From the NCBI GenBank assembly GCA_963700285.1, contig CAVOXA010000001.1, positions 96,001 through 160,000 of the forward strand: a stretch of DNA of 64,000 nt, read 5' to 3'. The stretch is from an uncultured Chloroflexia bacterium. GTDB lineage: Bacteria; Chloroflexota; Anaerolineae; JAAYZQ01. The notes below the pieces were generated by a model, which made no database searches, was not told where the DNA came from, and saw nothing but the letters and a program-made list of their open reading frames with translations. Positions within the stretch are counted from its first letter, which is position 1; every line of letters starts with the position of its first letter. Shown one piece after another: positions 28,268 through 36,936 of the stretch. The position numbers and the translations under genes were made by a program.

Positions 28268-29582
28268 ATGTCAAAGAAAGCATGGATCCTGTTGAGTGTT
28301 TTCGTGCTGTTGGCGAGCATCCTGGTTGGCTGCGGCAGTACCCCTGAGCCGGCCCAGGCGCCAGAGCCCACTGCTATCCCGCCGACAGAGGCGCCAGAGC
28401 CTACCGTTCCACCGCCGACCGAGGCGGCCGAACCAACGGAGCCAGGGAAGCTGATTCTGGCCACGACCACCAGCACCGAGAACTCGGGTTTGCTGGCCTA
28501 TCTCCTACCTCACTTTGAAGAGGAATTCGGTGTGGAGATAGAAGTCATTGCCGTGGGCACCGGCCAGGCTCTCCAGCTGGGCGAGGATGGCAATGCTGAC
28601 GTGCTGATGGTGCATGCCCGCACCAGGGAGGACGCCTTTATGGATGCGGGTCACGGCGTGCGCCGCGAGGACGTGATGTACAATGACTTTGTCATCGTCG
28701 GCCCGCCCGATGACCCGGCAGGCATCCAGGGAATGGGAAGAGCCACCACGGCCATGGCCATGATCGCTGAAGCCGAGGCTGCCCTTTGTCTCGCGCGGCG
28801 ACGATTCGGGCACCCATACCAAGGAGAAGGCGATCTGGGCAGAGACGGGCGTCGAGCCAGCAGGCGACTGGTACATCTCTGCCGGGCAGGGCATGGGCGC
28901 CGTGCTGACCATGGCCGACGAGCAGCAGGCTTATACCCTCAGCGACCGGGCTACCTATCTGGCCCGCACGCTGGAGGGAACCGACCTGGAGATCCTGGTC
29001 GAAGGCGACCCCATCCTGTTCAATCCGTACGGTGTCATGGCCGTCAACCCGGACAAGAATCCCCAGATCAACAACGAGCTGGCCAACAAGTTCATCGACT
29101 GGTTGGTCTCGATGCCTACCCAGGAAATGATCGGCGAGTTCGGCGTGGCCGAGTTTGGCGCGCCCCTCTTTACACCCGACTCGGTAGCCTGGCGCGAGGC
29201 GCAGGGAGGTGGCGAGGAGCCGGCCGGTGATATGGCCCTCAGGATAACGGGCAACGTCAGCCAGGAAGTTGGTTGGACTGAAGAAGAGGTGCGGGCCATG
29301 GAGACCATGGAGGCAGAGTCTACCAACAAGAGCGGTGAGACCAAGACCTACACCGGCGTGTCTGTGAACAAGTTGCTAGAAGAGGCCGGCGTCGCCGACG
29401 GTGCGACCGCGGTCGTCTTTGTCGCCGACGATGGCTACACCGGTGAGCTGACCTTGGAAGAGGTGCAAAACTGCGCCGACTGTATCGTCTCCTTCCGAGA
29501 GCAGGGGGGCTTTAGCACAGTAATGCCTGGTTTCCCCGGGAACGTCCAGGTGAAGGGCGTGATCGAGATCCAAGTCAAGTAG
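28268..29582 (+). pseudogene. tupA: Tungstate-binding lipoprotein TupA with C-terminal oxidored_molyb-like domain, split by a 1-nt frameshift (may be an assembly error)
   Basis: LATTTSTENSGLL, AVGTGQAL, MYNDFVIVGP in the first frame. FVSRGDDSGTHTKE, GMG..L..ADE..AYTLSDRATY and LFNPYGV continue in the next frame after GCCCTTT (28781-28787). Confidence 0.88.
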
Positions 29583-29589
29583 GGGAATA

Positions 29590-29621
29590 GACCTGGCAGG
29601 TATTCTGATACCTGCCAGGTC
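29590..29621. terminator. 14-bp hairpin after tupA (terminator or REP-like)
   Basis: GACCTGGCAGGTAT-tctg-ATACCTGCCAGGTC. Confidence 0.6.
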
Positions 29622-29628
29622 GAAACGT

Positions 29629-29657
29629 TTGACGGCTTGCCCGATCCTCACTATACT
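29629..29657 (+). promoter_or_regulatory. Sigma70 promoter for the Mo-storage gene
   Basis: TTGACG, 17-bp spacer, TATACT. Confidence 0.65.
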
Positions 29658-29709
29658 GTGCCTGCGCCACTCAGGCGCGCGACATCAGAGCCAGGAAAGT
29701 GAGATTGCT

Positions 29710-30537
29710 ATGAGCTTGAAACGAGACGAGAGCGGCCGGCTTCACATCGACACGCCGCTGATGGCCGAGTCGTTGATGGACAAGAAACTATTGCGAGATA
29801 CCGAGACCGAGACAGTCTTTCGCCCGCTACCGGACCTGAACGTGGTCAAGCTGGGCGGACAGAGCATCATCGACCGGGGGCGGAGCGTGGTACTGCCTTT
29901 GCTGGACGAGATCGTAGCTACTCGGGCTGAGCATCCGCTGTTGATCATGACGGGCGGGGGAACCCGCAGCCGCCATGCCTATGCCATCGCCCTGGATCTG
30001 GACATGCCCACCGGCGTGCTGGCCAAGCTGGGCGCCAGCATTAGCGAGCAGAACGCGTTGATGCTCTCGATCCTTTTGGCGCCGCACGGCGGGATCAAGA
30101 TCGGCCATGACGATGTGGTCAAGCTACCGGCCTATCTGGCCATGGGCATCATTCCCGTGATGCACGCCATGCCACCCTACAGCCTGTGGGAGGAGCCGGC
30201 AGAGCAGGGGCGCATTCCGCCGCACCGCACCGATTCCGGAGCTTTTCTTACCGCCGAGGTGATCGGCGCCCGGCGCTGCATTCTAGTCAAAGATGAGCCG
30301 GGGCTGTTCACCGCTGATCCCAAGAAGGATCCAGATGCCAACTTTATCTCAGAGGTTGAGGTGGGCGAACTGCTGGCCATGGATCTGCCCGATCTGCCTG
30401 TGGAGCGAGCAATGCTGCGCGCCCTGTCGGGCGCGCGCAGCGTGCACGAGGTGCTGCTGGTCAATGGCCGGGAGCCAGGCCAGTTGACCCGTGTACTGGC
30501 CGGGGAGAATCCCGGGACGCGCATTTACCGGGCTTGA
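29710..30537 (+). CDS. Molybdenum storage protein subunit (MosA/MosB-like, amino-acid-kinase fold)
   Basis: VVKLGGQSIIDRG, GGGTRSRHAY, GRIPPHRTDSGA, VKDE.GLFTADP. Confidence 0.88.
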   Translation: MSLKRDESGRLHIDTPLMAESLMDKKLLRDTETETVFRPLPDLNVVKLGGQSIIDRGRSVVLPLLDEIVATRAEHPLLIMTGGGTRSRHAYAIALDLDMPTGVLAKLGASISEQNALMLSILLAPHGGIKIGHDDVVKLPAYLAMGIIPVMHAMPPYSLWEEPAEQGRIPPHRTDSGAFLTAEVIGARRCILVKDEPGLFTADPKKDPDANFISEVEVGELLAMDLPDLPVERAMLRALSGARSVHEVLLVNGREPGQLTRVLAGENPGTRIYRA

Positions 30538-30579
30538 TGCCAGTTGGGCAAGGCCCGGTGTTGGCTGTTGCCGGTCAAG

Positions 30580-30912
30580 CTACTTGCGACCAGCGCGGCG
30601 AGGGCCGCGCGGCCGTGGGGGCTGCACGGTAAAGCTGCCGCCCTCGATCTGCAAGGCACGTCCTTCAACCAGCGCCTGGGCGACCTGGCGGCGGGCCTGG
30701 GCGACGATACGCTGAAAGGTGGAGCGAGAGATGGCCATCTGGGCCGCCGCCTCCGCCTGGGTGAGGCCTTCCAGGTCTGCCAGGCGGAGTGCTTCCAGCT
30801 CTTCGTAGAGCAGGTTGAGGCGCGTCAGCTCGTTCAGCGGTACGCCAGCCGGCTTGTAGATGGCTGGCCGGGGCCGATTCTCCAGGGAACGCTGCTTGCG
30901 GGGACGAGGCAT
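30580..30912 (-). CDS. DUF134 family putative DNA-binding protein
   Basis: MPRPRKQR...YKPAG...EELEALRLADLEGLTQ.EAA..M.ISRSTFQRI...AR..VA.ALVEG. Confidence 0.9.
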   Translation of the reverse strand: MPRPRKQRSLENRPRPAIYKPAGVPLNELTRLNLLYEELEALRLADLEGLTQAEAAAQMAISRSTFQRIVAQARRQVAQALVEGRALQIEGGSFTVQPPRPRGPRRAGRK

Positions 30913-30914
30913 GC

Positions 30915-31163
30915 CTAGCCTTTGTCCTTCTTTCGGCGACGCCGCCCCCGGCCGCCTTCGCCTTCAGGCTCATGGCCCTCTTCGCCGCGGGGCAGGTATA
31001 CGATCTCGGCACCAACTTCGGTGGCGATCTTTTCCAGTTCTGCTCGCCGAATGCGGGTCTTGAATACTTTTAGATCGGCGCCCTGGACTGCGATGATGGC
31101 AAAGCGGGGTCGCCCGGCACCCTGGCCAACGTGGCGACGGGAACGCACAAAGATTTTGCTCAT
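30915..31163 (-). CDS. Small basic hypothetical protein co-transcribed with DUF134
   Basis: GAGGAG RBS, 82 aa, 2-nt gap to the DUF134 gene. Confidence 0.7.
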   Translation of the reverse strand: MSKIFVRSRRHVGQGAGRPRFAIIAVQGADLKVFKTRIRRAELEKIATEVGAEIVYLPRGEEGHEPEGEGGRGRRRRKKDKG

Positions 31164-31212
31164 AGGGTTCTCCTCTCGGTCCGGCGCGCAAGCGCTCGGA
31201 TGATGATAGATA

Positions 31213-31264
31213 GTTATGGGTATTTGCCCAAAACTATTATACCCTGAAGGAAGGGGTTTGTCAA
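31213..31264 (-). promoter_or_regulatory. Consensus sigma70 promoter with an imperfect palindromic operator at the start site
   Basis: Minus-strand TTGACA (31259-31264), 17-bp spacer, TATAAT (31236-31241); palindrome GTTATGGGTATTTGCCCAAAAC at 31213-31234. Confidence 0.75.
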
Positions 31265-31267
31265 GTC

Positions 31268-31954
31268 ATGCTCTTCATTGGTTTGGATGATACAGATACA
31301 CTTGAATCCCGGGGGACTGGACATCTGGCCCGGCAGATTGCTGCTACGCTGGCCGCCGACCATACCTTGTTGGGCGTGACGCGCCACCAGTTGTTGGTGG
31401 ACCCACGCGTGCCCTGTACCAGGAACAATAGCTGCGCGGCCATCGTTCTAGATGGGGACGGTGATGTTGATATGGCTAGTCTGCTGGCTCGCGTGTGGGC
31501 GCTGATGATGGATGACTTTCAGTTGGGCAGCGATCCGGGTCTGTGCATCGCCCACACGGTGCCCGATGCCGTCACCGCATTTGGGCGCAGGGCTCAGCGC
31601 CACCTGATCGCCCAGTCTGAAGCACGAAACCTGGCTGCCGCCCATCAGATTCCTCTGTTGGGGCTGGGCGGTACGGAGGATGGCGTGATTGGCGCCCTGG
31701 CGGCCGTAGGACTGGCGGCCAGTGGTGAAGATGGCCGCTACGTCTTGGTGGGCAGCTCTCGGGAACTGAACGGCTTGCGCCCGGTGTCTGAGCTCTTGCA
31801 GGCAGGCATCGCTGTCGTGCAGACCGCGGCCGGTGAACCGGTGCTGGATGGGCTGGTTCAGACTGACAAGTTGCGACCGGCGCGGCGCGGCACCCGCCCC
31901 ATCGCCGTCGTCGAGTGGGCAGGTGACCATTGGTTGCCACTCAAGCTTGACTAG
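31268..31954 (+). CDS. TiaS N-terminal-like (DUF1743-related) protein
   Basis: IGLDDTD..SRGTG.LAR, RHQL...RVPCTRNNS, SDPGLC, GTEDGVIGALAAVG; no OB or Zn-ribbon domain. Confidence 0.7.
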   Translation: MLFIGLDDTDTLESRGTGHLARQIAATLAADHTLLGVTRHQLLVDPRVPCTRNNSCAAIVLDGDGDVDMASLLARVWALMMDDFQLGSDPGLCIAHTVPDAVTAFGRRAQRHLIAQSEARNLAAAHQIPLLGLGGTEDGVIGALAAVGLAASGEDGRYVLVGSSRELNGLRPVSELLQAGIAVVQTAAGEPVLDGLVQTDKLRPARRGTRPIAVVEWAGDHWLPLKLD

Positions 31955-32060
31955 CGTGCTCACGTCTGGTCTGGAACGGGGGTGGGGCGGTTCGTGCTGA
32001 ACTACCTGCGAACTGCAATCCGTCTTGAGCATCATACGGGGTTGGTTTGTACCTAAGGAT

Positions 32061-33488
32061 ATGACTCAGATTGTACGGGCCGAGCGCGCCGCCTATCGCT
32101 ATCCACAGAACAATCATGGTCTGAGGCTCATCTCCCTGGCCATTGAGCCGGGGGAGCGGGTGCTGGTTGCCGGGCCGTCAGGCTGTGGCAAGAGTACCCT
32201 GGTTCGCTGCCTGACGGGCCTCATCCCCCACCTCTATCATGGTACGCTGGAGGGTGAAGTGTGGCTGGATGGGCTGCGTACAGTCGATGCGCCCATGTGG
32301 CAACTGGCCGAAAGGGCCGGGCTGGTTTTTCAGAATCCTGCCGCCCAGATGCTGGCCCAGTCTGTCGAAGAGGAGATCATCTTTGGTTTGGAGAACCTGG
32401 GCCTGTCGCGAGAGATAATCCGCGAGCGATTGGATGCCACGCTGGACCTTTTTGGTCTGGAGTCGATGCGCAAACGGACGCCCCAGACCCTGTCCGGTGG
32501 AGAGCAGCAGAAACTGGCTCTGGCGGCTACTACAGCCCGGCGTCCACAGGTCCTCGTGCTGGATGAGCCACTCTCGATGCTGGATGGTACAGCGGCAACC
32601 GAGCTGGTTCAGCACCTGACCCACCTGGCGGACGCGGGTACGACGGTCGTCGTGTGCGAGCACCGTGAGGAGTACCTCGGGACGGTGCCCAAGCTGCGTA
32701 CAGTAAGCCTCGAGGGTCCTACTGTCAAAGAGGCCGCGATCCCAAAGCTTGAGCCCTATCTCCATGAGCCTCAAGCTCGGAGGCTAGAAGTGAAGGGACT
32801 GACGGTGGCCTTGGGCGGGCAGCCTGTCCTCCAGGATCTGAGCTTCTCGGCAGAGATGGGCCATGTGGTGGCCGTGGTGGGTCGCAATGGCGTGGGCAAA
32901 ACTACGCTCCTTCGAGCCTTGGTCGGCCTGCAAAAACACGAAGGATCTATCACCATGAACGGTGGCCGTCCTGACCTGGGTATGGTCTTTCAAAACGCCG
33001 ATCTGCAGCTCTTCAATGCCACCGTCCGCGACGAAATCCTCTACCGGGTGCCCGAACCGGACATGGATCTCTATGGCTGGTTGCTGGAGGCGCTGGGACT
33101 TGCTCACTACGAGGGTGTGCCGCCCCTTCTGCTGAGTGAAGGCGAAAAGAAGCGGGTGGCGCTGGCCACGGTCCTCATGCGCCGGCCGCGCCATGGCCTG
33201 CTGCTCGATGAGCCGTCGCTGGGACAGGACGCGGCTCACAAGAAGCAATTGATCCGGGTGGCTCGCACGCTGGCCGAGGCTGGACAACTGGTGGTACTCA
33301 CCACCCACGATCTGACGCTGGCGGCGCAGGCTGACCGCGTGGCGCTGTTGGGGTCGGATGGCTTTGTGGCCCATGGACCGCCGGCTGAGGTCATGGACGA
33401 CGATGCCTCATGGGCACAGCTTGGCCTTTCGGTGCCCGACTGGGTCAAGCCCTCGGGCGTAAGGGCCGTGGAGGGGCTGGAAGTGTGA
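32061..33488 (+). CDS. Second ECF transporter duplicated ATPase
   Basis: GPSGCGKS and GRNGVGKT; FQNP; LSGGE and LSEGE. Confidence 0.9.
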   Translation: MTQIVRAERAAYRYPQNNHGLRLISLAIEPGERVLVAGPSGCGKSTLVRCLTGLIPHLYHGTLEGEVWLDGLRTVDAPMWQLAERAGLVFQNPAAQMLAQSVEEEIIFGLENLGLSREIIRERLDATLDLFGLESMRKRTPQTLSGGEQQKLALAATTARRPQVLVLDEPLSMLDGTAATELVQHLTHLADAGTTVVVCEHREEYLGTVPKLRTVSLEGPTVKEAAIPKLEPYLHEPQARRLEVKGLTVALGGQPVLQDLSFSAEMGHVVAVVGRNGVGKTTLLRALVGLQKHEGSITMNGGRPDLGMVFQNADLQLFNATVRDEILYRVPEPDMDLYGWLLEALGLAHYEGVPPLLLSEGEKKRVALATVLMRRPRHGLLLDEPSLGQDAAHKKQLIRVARTLAEAGQLVVLTTHDLTLAAQADRVALLGSDGFVAHGPPAEVMDDDASWAQLGLSVPDWVKPSGVRAVEGLEV

Positions 33489-34213
33489 TCAGACTGGGTA
33501 CGACCGGCCGAACGCGGAACCTGGTACTGCAGGAGGCTTCGCCCCTGCGCCAGGCCGATCCTCGTACCAAGTTGGCGCTGAGCCTGTGCGCCTCGTTGGC
33601 AGTAATGCTGACCCTGGAGAAGCTGGTGGTCTTTATTGCCTTCTACGCGCTGCTGCTGCTCTGGGCGCGGCTTTTGCCCGATGCAGCGCAGCAGATCTGG
33701 CGGCTCAAGTGGGTGCTCGTCGTGCTCTTTGTGGTGGATTGGCTGTTCGTAGGCCTGGATCTGGCCGTCATTGTGACCCTCAGGCTGATTCTGTTGGCGG
33801 CGGCCTTTTCCCTCTTTTTCGCCACAACCACGCCAGGTGAGCTGCGCCTGGCCCTGGAATGGTTTCGTGTGCCCTATCGATACGCCTTTGGGCTGGCCCT
33901 TGCTTTCCAGAGCGTGGGCCTGCTGGATGACGAGTGGCGGGGCATTATCGAGGCACAGCGTGCTCGGGGAGCATGGCCCTCCAAGCCACATTGGCGGGAG
34001 ATACTGGACTATGTACGAGATCTGGTGGCGCTGTCGGTGCCGGCCGTTGTGATGACCACCAAACGTGCCTGGGCCATGAACGAGGCGGCCTATGCACGGG
34101 GATTCGATTCGCCCCACCGGCGCTCCTACCATCAATTGACAATGGGCTGGCTGGACTGGGTGCTGTTGGTTGGTACGGTCGCTGCCACAGCGGCATTACT
34201 GGCCTGGAAGTAG
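33485..34213 (+). CDS. Second ECF transporter T component
   Basis: SPLRQADPRTK, AQRARG, AYARGF; GTGA overlap with the ATPase gene. Confidence 0.88.
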   Translation: MIRLGTTGRTRNLVLQEASPLRQADPRTKLALSLCASLAVMLTLEKLVVFIAFYALLLLWARLLPDAAQQIWRLKWVLVVLFVVDWLFVGLDLAVIVTLRLILLAAAFSLFFATTTPGELRLALEWFRVPYRYAFGLALAFQSVGLLDDEWRGIIEAQRARGAWPSKPHWREILDYVRDLVALSVPAVVMTTKRAWAMNEAAYARGFDSPHRRSYHQLTMGWLDWVLLVGTVAATAALLAWK

Positions 34214-34306
34214 TGTCCGAGCCGCAGGTGGTTGGGGCAGCACTGTGTGCGAGTTCGCTGTCCAGGCATGTCGTGAAACTGGAGGCTGCGTAAATAGGGA
34301 GGCTGT

Positions 34307-34816
34307 ATGGCTCAACGAACCAGGATTTTGATCGGGGTTGCGATGCTCATCATTTTGGTGGTCGCGGTGCTGGGTATCGATCTGCTGCAGCGAGCCTCAA
34401 GAGAGCCCCAGGACCTTGCCAAAGGCGAGCCCACAGTTGCGGCGGGCAGCATCCCCATCCGCCTGGATGGCCGGCTGATGGGCAGTTTTGGCCCCACTGA
34501 CCTGGATACTCTCGAGATGGTGAGTTTTGTCGAAGCAGAGGAGGGCAAGACCGAGGAGGGCTGGCTGCTGCGAGATGCCCTCCTGCTCCACGTGGACGAT
34601 CAAGAACTCGAGCCGGACATGGTCATCGTCGTCAGCAGCAGCAGCCGGGACAAGGCAGCCGAACTGACCTGGGCGGAGGTGGATGACCCGGCCAACTGGG
34701 TGATGTTTGATCTCTCGGGCCGGGGTACGCTCAAGCTGGTGTCGGTGCTGGAGAGGCTGGACACGAGGGATGAGTGGGTGCAGGATGTGGATGGGATCGA
34801 GATCTCGAGCCCGTGA
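34307..34816 (+). CDS. Membrane-anchored protein with a divergent oxidored_molyb-like domain
   Basis: N-terminal TM; EEGWLLRDAL...TLKLVS...EWVQDVDGIEI resembles the domain repeated in this island. Confidence 0.55.
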   Translation: MAQRTRILIGVAMLIILVVAVLGIDLLQRASREPQDLAKGEPTVAAGSIPIRLDGRLMGSFGPTDLDTLEMVSFVEAEEGKTEEGWLLRDALLLHVDDQELEPDMVIVVSSSSRDKAAELTWAEVDDPANWVMFDLSGRGTLKLVSVLERLDTRDEWVQDVDGIEISSP

Positions 34817-34885
34817 TGACTGACGGCAGACGACAGGCGGGTGTTTGGTCTGGGCCTTGTCCTTTGTCCATCCCTGGGGTGATCT

Positions 34886-35434
34886 ATGAAGGAGCGGTAT
34901 TTTTCGACTTTTGAACTCATCTTGATCGCGCTTTTTGCCGCACTGATTGTGGTGTCCAAGATCGCGCTGCGTCTGCCGCTACAATTGTCCGGCCACTCGG
35001 GGATCTTTTGGATGGCCATCGTCATCGTCGCCACTGGGGTTGTGCCCAAGGTGGGGACGGCCAGTCTGGTGGGTCTCACCTCTGGCTTGGTAGCTGCTTT
35101 CCTGGGCATGGGCGACTTTGGCGCGCTAAACACCTTCTTGTCGTATACGGCCGTGGGTGTCAGTACCGATCTGGCACTCCTGGTGCTGGGCCGCAACCCG
35201 GAAAACCCGGTCGTCGCCATGTTGGCGGGCGCCATTGGTCACTTTGGCAAGTTTCTGGTCAAGTATGGCTTTGCCACCCTGGCAGGAGCGCCGGTAGGGA
35301 TTGTCGTCCTCGGCCTGGCTCGGGGCATTGTGGGCTATATTGTCTTTGGGGCGCTGGGCGGACTGCTCGGCGCGTTCACGCTGCGGGCGCTGCGGCGAGC
35401 TGGCTTTTTTGCCTACCTGGCCGAGAAGAAATAG
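34886..35434 (+). CDS. Second ECF transporter S component
   Basis: YFSTFELILIALFAAL, GHSGIFW, about 6 TMs, 182 aa. Confidence 0.85.
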   Translation: MKERYFSTFELILIALFAALIVVSKIALRLPLQLSGHSGIFWMAIVIVATGVVPKVGTASLVGLTSGLVAAFLGMGDFGALNTFLSYTAVGVSTDLALLVLGRNPENPVVAMLAGAIGHFGKFLVKYGFATLAGAPVGIVVLGLARGIVGYIVFGALGGLLGAFTLRALRRAGFFAYLAEKK

Positions 35435-35435
35435 C

Positions 35436-35479
35436 GCTCAAAAACAGGGCCACCCCATGGGGTGGCCCTGTTTTTGAGC
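35436..35479. terminator. Bidirectional terminator (perfect 44-bp palindrome)
   Basis: GCTCAAAAACAGGGCCACCCCA|TGGGGTGGCCCTGTTTTTGAGC between convergent genes. Confidence 0.85.
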
Positions 35480-35502
35480 AGTGCACAACCTGCCACTCGC
35501 AG

Positions 35503-36610
35503 CTAGTTTTCCTCGATCTTGATGGTCAGAATCGCGTCGCCGGGGAGGCCAGGGTTCTGCTGCGGATCACGCGGGGTTATCGCGTCCAAGATGTCCTGCC
35601 CCTCAATGACGCGCCCAAATACGGTGTGGCGATCATCCAGGTGGGGCGTGGCGTCGTAGGTGATAAAAAATTGGCTGCCGTTGGTGTTGGGACCAGAATT
35701 GGCCATCGAGAGCACGCCCGGTCCATCGTGGCGCAGCTCGGGATGGAATTCATCGGCAAAGCTGTAGCCGGGGCCGCCCGTGCCTGTCCCCGTGGGGTCG
35801 CCGCCCTGGGCCATGAATCCAGGCAACACCCGGTGGAAAGTCGTGTTGTCGTAGAAACCCTCGCCTGCCAGGAAAACAAAGCTATTGACGGTATTTGGCG
35901 CCTTGTCAGCATAGAGTTCGATCACGATCTCGCCATTTTCGGTCACGATGGTAGCTTGGTATGATTTGTCAGAGTCAATGGTCATCGGCGGCGGATCGGC
36001 ATAGATGCCGTTGCGCTGGGCGGGTTCCAGGTCGCCAGCCTTTTGCCCCGGCGCCAGGGTCGGAATTGGCTCTGGTTCCAGCAACCCCTGTTGGATGAAA
36101 AAGTCCTTTACGGCCACCCGCTCCGCCTCTGGTGCGAGCTCGATGGACTTAACCGCGGCTGAGACGGCCTCGTCGATGTCGCCTTTTTCCTGAAAGAGCA
36201 CAGCAAGATTGGCATAGTTGGCAAAATCATCGGGCGCCATCTCGAGCAAAATCTCGGTCTCGGCGATGGACTCGTCCAGCATTCCCTGCTGGAAATAGAC
36301 GTAGGCCAGCGCGGAATGGGCCTGGATATTCTCGGCATCTAGTTCGATGATCTGCTGGAAGGTCCCTTCAGCCCCGGCCAGATCTCCGCTGTTGATCTGT
36401 TGGCTGCCCTGAACCATGAGTTCCTCGACCGACTCTGCACCGGAGCCGGATTCGGGCGCGGCCGATGCTTCAGGCTCGATGGTTGTTTCCGGTATGTCTG
36501 TCGGTGCGGTCGTGGGCGCCGGCTCCACTGGTGGGTGTGGGACCCACCAGTGGGCCACAAGCTGCCAAGGACAATATCACAAAGGCCAAGAACACGGTTT
36601 GGATCTTCAT
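35503..36610 (-). CDS. Lipoprotein TPR plus cyclophilin peptidyl-prolyl isomerase; signal peptide offset by a 1-nt frameshift
   Basis: [35 protein letters not shown] repeats. [18 protein letters not shown] from ATG 36610 is in a different frame from the body. Confidence 0.88.
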
Positions 36611-36839
36611 CTCTTTTCCTCTCTGCGCTTGGGAGTCGCGCGTCGTACTCGCCTGCGCCGCCTCCGGTGGGGGAGCATGCGGTCCCCGGGCTCCCAGGCC
36701 CGGATCAATGCGGGGATTATACCAGGGTTGTTATCCTGGGTCAAGCACTCTGGTGTGGCAGGCGGGGGCAATCGCGCGTGGCTGGAAGCAGTACCGCACC
36801 ACTCTTACTGACGCTCCCAGATTGCTCGAGGTCAGGCTT

Positions 36840-36906
36840 CGCGGGAATGATAGGTTGGGGGAGTTGTGGTTTGCGGGGCATGGATTCCCACCGGCGCGGG
36901 AATGAC
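36840..36906. repeat. Degenerate REP-like palindromic repeats
   Basis: CGCGGGAATGA (36840) and GGATTCCCACCGGCGCGGGAATGAC (36882). Confidence 0.5.
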
Positions 36907-36936
36907 GGGTCCCCCCCGAAGAGAAGCGGGGTGAAG

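Noticed and set aside
29710-30537. Uridylate kinase (pyrH) call
   Set aside because: Same fold, but the GQSIIDRG and PPHRTD motifs and the tup context indicate a Mo-storage protein.
36840-36906. Possible IS or MITE
   Set aside because: Only two degenerate REP-like units are present, with no transposase or target duplication.
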